From contig JAQGDQ010000004.1 of NCBI GenBank assembly GCA_030141605.1, positions 2,108,001 to 2,172,000 of the forward strand: DNA of 64,000 bases, read 5' to 3'. Below the pieces are notes generated by a model. It saw only the letters and a list, made by a program, of their open reading frames with translations, did not search any database and was not told where the DNA came from. Position 1 is the first letter of the stretch. Every line of letters starts with the position of its first letter. This document shows positions 49,936 to 64,000 of the stretch, one piece after another. A program made the translations under genes and the position numbers. The DNA comes from Tubiluchus corallicola (taxonomy: Eukaryota; Animalia; Priapulida).

Positions 49936-52672
49936 GGTGGTCAGACATTTCCGCACAGACATTTGGAACAGTTTTTATGGACACCTAGGTCATTTGAACA
50001 CAATGTACTTTGGACATAGGTGTTTTGGACACAAGGTGATTTGACTATAATTTGGACACACAAAGATTATTTACGAAGTGTCACAAATGTACGTCATTTT
50101 GCACAAAAATTGGGCATCGTTAAGAGTAGGCATTTGTGCATGCATAGCTTACTTTTCGCTGTTGAATGTTTGTGAATCCTCATCGTGAAGCCTCAGTGAT
50201 ATTTTAAGTTAAATACTTAAACAAATCAATGCATCTTTGCACTGAATTTTCTATAGTATAACTTTCAAGGCAGAAAACAAAATTTGCCAAAATGGCTGAC
50301 TAATTGAACAACACAGCACTGAAGCTGTTCGCTGAAGCTGAATTTTAAAAAAAAGACAACCGAAAACGCCCAAATATATACATGCGGCGATTGTGGTTAA
50401 TGAGGCAAAAAAGCAAAATATTCATCACATGACAAATTGTATGTACTAAAAGTTTTTTATTTGTTATTTTAATAATTATTTGTAAAGGAATATATTTCAG
50501 GAAAAACTTCTCTTTCAACGTTCGTCATTTTATCTAAGTTAATACCTAAGCATCTTAATGTGTACTATGCATTATTATCACGCTTAGAGCACGGTTTTGT
50601 GATAGCGCCCTATTTTAATTCCCTATTTTTGAAAACTAAGGAAAAAACTTCAGTTTCTTCTGTGAGATTCACTATATTAAATTTCCATTCATCGCTTGTA
50701 GTTAAAGTGAAGTGTGTAAATAGCTTCTTTCATTGATACTTTCATATATAGTACTATTTGTTTACATCACGACCTATCCAGGGTCCAAGGAATTTTGTTT
50801 TCTTGGGAGTATAACCATTTCGCTTGACTTGATATGTATTTCTGATTTGAGTTATCTCGTATATAATGATAATTCGTTTGCGAATGTGAAATGAACTAAT
50901 GAATAATCTAAGTTTATTAATTGTGTTGTGTTTCCTTCAAGTATGGACAGTGTACTTTTTTAAGATTATCTTCCACAGTCTTTTGTGGTACTTTCCATAA
51001 TCTACGGAATACGGAACCTAATCTAGACTTGTATTGGTGAGACTCCCAGCAAGTTGTTGGACGGAGTCAAGCAAGTTAGATTGAAGTTAGATTCACGATG
51101 AAGCTGTAACTACCATATCAGCGTTCAAGCGAAGAGGTTGCAATTCATGAGGTGAGCTGCCAGAACTTGGTGAAATGGAATGACGGACGGAGTGGCATAG
51201 AATGATAGGACATGGAAATGGATTGGAATAATGTAGGTCCGTTTTCAATATGGAGTGACGAAACCATGGTTATGGAACGGAAATGGAATGGTGATGCAGT
51301 TAATATCAGGACTAGAGCTCTGACGTGGTAAACCCGGTACCGGTGTACTTGTGGCCTCTTATACCCCTGTGCAGCTTGTGTTTTAATGATCTGTGCACAG
51401 TTTTTCATACGTTATATATATGCGAATAAATAAAGTAATTACATTTAATGCCTAGCTTATTTAGATGAACAGAAGTTGTCGTTCAGTAAATTTTCCTAAA
51501 TATTATATCACAACAGTAACGACGGTACACGTTAGGGAAGTAACACATAACCGTGTTCCGGCTCAACTCACCTTTAATTTAATGGTTAATAAAAATGAAA
51601 TTATTTTGTGAGGCGCACTTTCGAGCCCAGTTAAATAAATAGGTTCACAATCCTGACAAAAACAATTAACAAATATAAGAGCACCGTCACAGGTTTCTCA
51701 GTTTAATTAGCGAGAAAATAGTGCAGCAAGAAATCGCGCCGAATTAATTTGTCGCAAGCGCTGTACCATACTACTCACGTCTGTCGCTGTTACCGCTTTC
51801 GCCGCCACTGCCCTCACTACAAGGGGATATCTGTATTCTATGAAAACGCCCTAATAAGTCTACTTGCATAATTTTTGACCTGCAAACTGCAGTTACACAC
51901 GAGGGAGTTTGGTATTCGAGGTACATAAAAAGATAACTCAAAACAGATAATTTATCATTCGTTAGATCCACATTTTAAAACTAAACGGTTTAAATTCAGC
52001 TATGCACAAGAACAAGGCATAGCAAAACAACCTATATTAATAAACGGTACCTTAAATTGTCTAAACAGTTTACGTGTTCAAATTATCTTTTTGTCCAATT
52101 ACCTACGCGTCCAAACCATTCTACTACTTTAAAATTACAACTTATTACGTTTCATTTATTGTTAATCCTAATTTGAAGGTTATTTAATTAATTCTTTAAC
52201 TATTAATTAATAATGTAACTAAATTTTATTGCCAAACGTGACTGAAATAAAGAACACATTAAAAATTTGGATTGAACTTGAATTTCATATCCATGGCTCA
52301 TAGGTGACTTAAATTAACTATGTGTCCGACTTATTACGTTTCTACTTTCAAAATAACTTATACATGTTCGAGTAATCTACATGTAACATCAACCTGTATC
52401 TAAAGGATTGCGTCCCTAAAATTACGTAATGTTAAATACTTTGGCTTAGTGTCTAAATAAGTTTTGTGATCATATCATGTGCGACAAATAGTACCTAAAT
52501 AGCCTTGTGTTTAAATGTCCTACGTGTCCGAAATACCCAATGTCCAAGTGACCTATGTGTACGTATTACCTTGTGTCCAAATATCCTACGTGTCCAAATA
52601 ACTTATGTGTCCAAAACGTTTGTGTCGAAACAGCTTGTGTGTAAAACCCCAGTGTTCAAGACGCCTGTAGCC
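49936..52672. mobile_element. Foldback/MULE-like non-autonomous element with inverted subterminal tandem repeats
   Basis: Left arm has repeated ttggacac/ttggacat (49960-50060); right arm has repeated gtgtccaa/gtgtccga (52060-52660). Boundaries and TSD are degenerate. Confidence 0.6.
50924..51515 (+). mobile_element. LTR-like remnant nested in the foldback element
   Basis: Inverted termini TGTTGTG...CACAACA; AATAAA about 90 nt before the end; followed by gtaacgacgg (possible decayed PBS); no matching TSD. Confidence 0.4.
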
Positions 52673-53473
52673 GGTGAAGCAAACAGCTATAGACAATAAA
52701 TCGGAAACAGACAGTAGCAGAATATGGACACCCTATAGGAGCTATATTTCGAAGTAGATCGGTGTATAATGTTGCTCTAGTAATTTTTTAAATATTACGA
52801 ATTAGGTACGAGAGCGTCTTATATGTTATGTGCGCTTAATAATGTTCGACACTTTGAGGTATTGATAAGAAACAGATGCTATATCGTATGCTTGCAAGAA
52901 AAAAATGACGTTCTTATTAGTGTTGTTGCATAAACTCTAATGTGTTATTTGAGTCACTATTTTTAAAAACTAGCGAAGTATTATGTGATGATTTTAAGTT
53001 GTAAATATTTAGCCAAGGTATTTTTAATATGTATTTTAGATTTTTACTTTGTTATGAATGATTTTCATGTGTGTGTTGTAAATATATCTAAAACGGTACT
53101 ATGTCTACTAAATTAAAATAAAATCTAAATCTAAATCACGGATAGACGATCACTGTAGTACAGCACTAAACATTGTCGCTAAGGCTATAATACGTAATTG
53201 GCTTAAAAAGCTCTACCCAGAGAAATGTCACTGTGAAAATATACTATCCGCGTGTGGAACGCAAATGCAAAAATCTGTTATTTGCCCAACTGCACCCCTG
53301 GTTGCAATGGTCCGTTCTAATCGATCACGGAGCTCGTACGGCGTACCTGACTAATCGTCCCTGCTCCGCTGTTTCCGTTATTCTCTCTCGCTCTCGACTG
53401 CGTTGCTGTCGTAATTTGTGAGGTTCCTTCGTTTTACGTTTGTAATTGGCACGAGCACAGATTTTTTGTCATC

Positions 53474-58042
<4,569 letters not shown>

Positions 58043-59825
58043 TCCCAAGGATCACTTCTTACTTTTGGCTCGTATTTTTCTAGTCTCAACTGTGACATCT
58101 CACATGTTTAGCAGCTCTGTTGATCTACCGTTTGCATTTTTGTTTTAGCAAATAAATTCTCTACTAGTATTTAATTTCTTCAATGTGCATTGAAAAATTG
58201 CATGTCTGCAAAGATCTGCAATTTAATGCACCACATTGAAAGATTTACTACTGAGCACTCATCAGTGTAATACTGTTAGAACAGCGAGCAATAGTATTAG
58301 TTCTATTAAGTAATCTGTAACTACTAGATTACCATACAAAAAGTATAGGATCTAGAAACAGAAATCTCAAAATTTAGTGATTTTTTTTAAATTCAGTTTT
58401 AGAAACAGTGTACAATGTTTTTTGATTTTTACACTAGCAATATTGCATATTAGTTATGCAGTTCTAAAATTCAAATACAGCCTTAAATACTGTAATTCAT
58501 ATTATTACCTGCTGTAATTTGGCTTTTTCCTTGATCATTAGTTACAGCATATTTTTAATTGAGTGACATAAATGATTCGTTAATTTGTATTTTGTTTTCT
58601 GTAATTACAACCAAAATTTAGTCCCATAATTAAATTTGTGGATCTGTAGAAGCACAATCATGTTTATCAAGCAAATTTAATAATAATTATGTAGTATGTA
58701 TTTACAAATGATTAACACGTAACATGAATAAAACTGTGGTTTTCTCACCTGTGAAGCTTTCTTGCATTTTATTGGCCTGTTTGTATACCAGGAAATCTTG
58801 AATTAAGACCAGTGAGAGAAAAGAAGCAAAAACTACAGCGATAAATTTTATATAACTATAAGACATTTTTTATTTTCCTATAAAAATACTATGGTTGTTT
58901 TTATGCAAGGTAATTACAGAATTAATGATGTATTGGCATAACAAGCAGATCCTCAACAATTGCAAAGAAGAACTATGAAAAATAATTAAGCTCCACATGC
59001 AATATTTAATCTCACGATCACAGGCAGTACGCATGTTTCAAATCTACTTCAAAATTATGATTATTGTATAAATAAAATAAAACTATCGTGCCTAGCATGC
59101 GCTGCAAACAAAATATTCAGTGAGATTGTCAAGTAAAAAACAAAATAGATACAATGGACCAGCCATGTACCAACACAATTGTGATAAATTATAGTAAAAA
59201 ATTATAACACAATGATGATTCACATGTGTGTTAATTGTAACTGGTAATAAAAAAATTTATGTTCATGATAACAGTTTAAAAGAAAATAGAACTAATTAGC
59301 ATGCTCAGATTTAATAAGCTTTTTCAGTTTGCTGTGTGTACTACGCACGTGCAGTTGCTGTAGGTCAAAGGTTAAGTGTACCACATCTTAACAACAACTG
59401 TCACGTGATGTGTGTAAAGCAAAGCTCTCTGTCGCATCAGTTCAGTAACTTCAGTTGTTTTACATAGACTTTACTAAATTATGCACTAGTCTGTGCAAAG
59501 AGTGATCTACTAGCAAGATCTTGCTTGGGAACAAGAAAAATTGAACTAGGTAAGGTTCTAGCTAGCTGTTAAAACTGTAACTATTACAATAGCATGGCAT
59601 TGCCAAGTATACATAAATGCGCTGTCTAGTACACTTAAACTTTGACCTTTTCACGACCATCAATCGCTGAAACTGTGAAAAGGGTTATTCTAGATAAACA
59701 ATGAAACAAAACATAATATGATTGCATTTGTAAAATCATCATAAGCAGTTGTCTCAGAATTGTTCAAATTGTCCAAGCAAACTTGACTAAAAGAAACTAA
59801 CGTCCTATGTTTCCGAATGGAAACA

Positions 59826-61892
59826 TTAATTCCACATTGGTGTTGTGTTTGAAAAAGGAGAAGCATTATCATCAACCCATTTAATAAACAAATCTTTCTT
59901 CTTAATACAGATTTGAAGGAGTGCCATAGCATCATTTCCTGCTGCATGCATAGGATGTTCTAATGGTCCCACTAAACATTTGTATAGACTTTCTAAACAA
60001 AAAGATTTTCTTCCAGTCACTAATGGCTGAATACCTAATAAGTAGTTTGATCGTCCATTGTGCTGCTGCTCAGGAAAAAGGCATAATTGACTGTGCGCAG
60101 TTGGCTTCTGGGACACAGTTTCTACTCTCACAACATTGGGCCGTATCGGGGTAAAATAAGCATCATCCAGACACAAGCACTTTGGTACAGCAGCGATGGA
60201 AAAATTAGGCATCTTTGACACTCTTTTTCTCTGTGGAGTTACTTCATTTTGTTGAACATTCTCATCTTTAGTATATTCTGTTGGAGGGATACCTATTAAT
60301 TCATCATGATCCCCTTTTCCCATTACACAACTCTTTTTCCCTGCATCCACTTCATTTGGTCTGAAAGGTTCAAAATTGCTGTTCACGTCATCAAAATCCG
60401 AATTATCACCCATCACAACTTCTTCGGGTACCAGAAAATCCGAATATGGTAAAGGAAATTCGGCATTGTATTCGTTAGCTACACAATGGTCACCAGTGAC
60501 ACCCATGCTTTCAGTTTCACATTTGTCTATATACTTGAAAGCTTTTAATGTATCTGCACACAAAACATGCTCAGGCAGACTAGCATTGCTGCAATTAAGT
60601 TCGGCTTTTAACAGAGGAAAATCGAATCTGTCCCCATTATGGGCTAGGATACAAACTGGTCCTAATGAATTGACATGTACAAAGTCATAGACAAGCCTTG
60701 CAATCTGACTGCCAAATTCCCTCTGATCAGCCAAATTTTCATTGCTAAGATCTAATAAAACACAAAAATGCCATTTTTGTTACCAAGATCTTACTAAAAT
60801 CCAAAAAATCAATGTACAGTATAACACCATTAAAATGAACACGCTGGTAATGCGAACTTATAAAAAAACGAACTTTTATCGTTCATTTAACCAATATAAT
60901 AGCTTTGAATAAAGCTTACTGCAGACTTTTTGTCTGGCCTATTGACTCTATTACTATGTATTTATCAGTTTCTATCCCGTGCTTTACATTTAAAACTTGC
61001 AATTAAATTTAACCTGTCATTCCTGGTGCTGCACAGAGTTGATGAGCATGGGGAGTTCTTCACATGTTATGTCAAAAGGTCACTTGACCTACTAGCTGCA
61101 TGTCTAAAAACAAATGTGTCACTCAGCGGCTTGGCACCCAGCTGTTTACTTATACATGGACATATGGAAATTTTATGCAAACAAAATTGACTGGCTTTTT
61201 TAAACTCATTGGCTAAGCCTACTGAGCATGTCACATAAATTTACAACTCAACATGTACATCCAATTTAATATAAAATGCTCAATAATTTTTTGTTTAACA
61301 AAGTCACATAAATTACATTTCACTTCATTTTAATATGCTGCGATGCAGTTGCTACATGACAGTATATTCTGAAAGCATTTTACATTGTACATTATTTATG
61401 CAATTTTATTATTAATACATACTCGTCCATCTAATAGTCATCTACATATTATTAGCGATATATGCATATAAAATACCTTGGTTATAAAGTACTTTTTCTG
61501 GATCTCCACAGCAGGTTTGCTATAATGATGTTATATTGTAATCACAAATGGGCATTCATTTCTCCTTTTATATAAGAATTCATTGGAGACTACAGGTCAA
61601 ATTATTACTAAAAATATATTATTTATGCCCAAATGACAGCATTTTTCAGACTGCATAGTCTTTTAATTACTATTAAAAAATACAATAAGTAATACAAATA
61701 ATTAAATAATAATGTTTAAAAATAATTTTAGTTAATACTTGCATGTAATTTCTGCAGCACGAGGTGCTATGAGAGTTTTTGGATTGACACAGAAACTCAT
61801 TATATTTTTGACACGTGGCATGGTAGTAGATTCTAGAAAGTGCTTTCTAGTTACTGCAATCATACATATCTCAGTAATCTTTGGTTTTTCAC
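59826..61892 (-). CDS. TREX1/TREX2-like 3'-5' DEDDh exonuclease (5'-partial; ExoI exon not found in the window)
   Basis: Exons 61892-61743 (PKITEICMIAV...PRVKNIMSFCVNP...PRAAEIT) and 60751-59826 (ExoII AHNGDRFDFPLL, CADTL, KSFCLESLY, ExoIII HAAGNDAMAL, WVDDNASPF...PMW*), matching the motif order of human TREX1; joined by a GC-AG intron. Confidence 0.88.
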
Positions 61893-61974
61893 CTAACAGT
61901 AAAATAAAAGCAAAGAAAAAATTATTATACCGAATGCTTTCAAGAAATAAATACAATAGAAAGAAACCTCAACG

Positions 61975-61987
61975 AGAGGGAGGGAGG

Positions 61988-62077
<90 letters not shown>

Positions 62078-62156
62078 GTGCAAAGTGAGAAGGAAAGTGA
62101 TAAGAGAACAACAATTAGTAAAAAGCAAACAAATATAGTACATATTAATTTCGGTG

Positions 62157-62192
<36 letters not shown>
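61975..62192. repeat. (GGGA)n/(GA)n and (TA)n microsatellites in the TREX intron
   Basis: Direct inspection. Confidence 0.93.
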
Positions 62193-62194
<2 letters not shown>

Positions 62195-62959
62195 GGGTGG
62201 ATACATAACCGACAAGGCTACAGCAGCAACGACGGCACCATTTTCGACGATCTATACATCAAATGAAAGGTCTCCACCCGAGGGTTCGCATCTGGGGGTC
62301 TATCTTTCGAATCTGCCCCACCGGGAGGAACGGGAGGCAAAACCCCTCCAAAAATGGCAATTTTTTGCAAAATTTATACCTCTTATTTCTGAAGAACAGG
62401 AACGTTCCTGGCATGATGCCGGTAATGGTGACGGGCGTTTTCCCAGACCCAACCACACAAATTTTGCAGAAAACTGCTCAAACAGCCTCTAGAAAAATTC
62501 AATTTGTGCAACTGTTTGGGCATGCTGGGAAAAAATAAACACACTCGCAGGAAGAGGAAGAAACTGTCTACAAAACGTTGAAGGTTTTGTTGGGACAGAT
62601 GTATAATGGACGAAACGGCAGGGGTGTGTTTCAAAGTTCTTTTTCTACCCCCCTGTGCTGTACGCTATTTGGAACATATATTGTCTTTGAGTTCCCGCTG
62701 TTCCAGACATTGTTGTCACCTGCCGTGGTATAGATTTTACATGTAAGTAAGTTCTGTTAGCCTATTATCATCTGAGGAGCAATAAACAAAAACTATGTGG
62801 ACTGTCCATGCATTATTGATCATTGGTAAACAGACTAAGAGCATTTATTATAGCACACAGTTTTGACTTTGTACAAAATGTTTGGAATGGTTTTACTGTG
62901 ATGCTGTGCTGTTGGTGTTGTAGGTGTCATCGTTGTCATCATCATCATCATTGCCATCT

Positions 62960-63232
62960 TCATGGTGTGGTGAGTGTGCTGTGGGTGTTGTGCTGTGGAT
63001 AGTGTGGTGGGTGTAGTTTAGTGTGGTCTGGGGGTGTGGTGTGAATAATGTTTTGGGGTGATAGGGTGTAGGTGGTGTGGTGTGGTATGTTGTGGGTGGT
63101 GTAGTGTGGTGTTGTGTTGCAGTATGGTGTAGGATGTGTGGTGTGGTGTCGAGTTTTGGTGTGGTGAGATGGTGTGGCTGATGTTTTGAGAGTGGGGTGG
63201 TGGGTGGTAGTGTGGTGTGGTGTGGGTTGTTG
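62960..63232. repeat. Degenerate GT-rich (GTGGT/GTGTG) low-complexity repeat
   Basis: Direct inspection; produces spurious H/T/P-rich ORFs. Confidence 0.85.
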
Positions 63233-64000
63233 TGAGTTTATGCGCAAAATTTTTGCAGGGTTTGGCTAGTATGATATATAATATAGAAATCTTATTAGAA
63301 ACACTATAAGGTGGTCTCACAGCCAAAGCCAATATGTGCAGAGCTCCACAGCAGAGAAGAATCTATATTCACCTGCCTTTCGGAACAGAATGTTACAAAC
63401 TAAAAGGTACATCTTTTACTATGAACAATTCTGATTTGATTATTTTACGATGCTGCGCATGTATTGTAATATACATTTGATTTTAAGCAACAGCGCAAAC
63501 CTAAGTTGTTGTTCTGACAACAAGTGGGCATATACTGAAGTAAGCATTAGTGCATTAATTTACAGACATTCATGGTTTGTCACCTAAAAAAATCTTGAAG
63601 CAATATCCTGCATTATAAGTGTGACAAGTGTTCTAACACTCTGCATAATTATAATTACGGTTCATGATTAGTCTACGTACATTCAAAAACCTCGTTAACT
63701 GACTAGCAAAGGAATTTATTCAGTATACTCTCAATTGTTTATTTGCTGACTTCCCACTGAGCCCAGCATGGTAAACAAAAAAGCACAGTTAATTGAAATA
63801 CAGACGTACAGCATATGTTAACCACCTAGTGACCTGTTCCCAGTGCATACAGAAAGTATGTAACAATTCATGCAATCTGCTTATTGTAGAGACATTTTTT
63901 CTGCTTTCTAAGCAGTTATACTAGTTAAATATAAACTGTAAATTACTGAATATGGTGTTTATATAAGAAATGTAATGTAAGAAATTAAGAGAAACCTGCT

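Overview
AT-rich, intron-rich animal genomic DNA, probably a bilaterian invertebrate; the species cannot be determined from sequence alone. Four protein-coding genes were reconstructed by hand from splice sites and reading phase. (1) A complete long-form ABCC/MRP1-like transporter on + (2637..32113, 32 exon positions, about 1537 aa). (2) COP9 signalosome subunit 1 (GPS1/CSN1) on - (44493..35999, 12 coding exons, about 478 aa). (3) An alpha-tubulin on + (53474..58042, 452 aa). (4) The 3' part of a TREX1/2-like DEDDh exonuclease on - (61892..59826; first coding exon not found in the window). Introns and intergenic DNA hold a 3.8-kb TTAA-flanked element with long TIRs, two hAT-like MITEs, decayed LINEs, a foldback/MULE-like element with a nested LTR-like piece, and large microsatellites. 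The strongest observation is a tandemly duplicated 178-nt exon 9 (TM7) in the MRP gene, with the copies only 39 nt apart. This looks like a sterically enforced mutually exclusive exon pair that swaps substrate-pocket residues. Other candidates are a recursive-splice-like AG|GTGAGT site and an overlapping uORF at the MRP start exon, two GC-AG introns, an insertion of about 160 aa in the TREX catalytic domain, and a possible unannotated CRE-driven small transcript between MRP and CSN1. No database searches were run; homology calls rest on recalled motifs.
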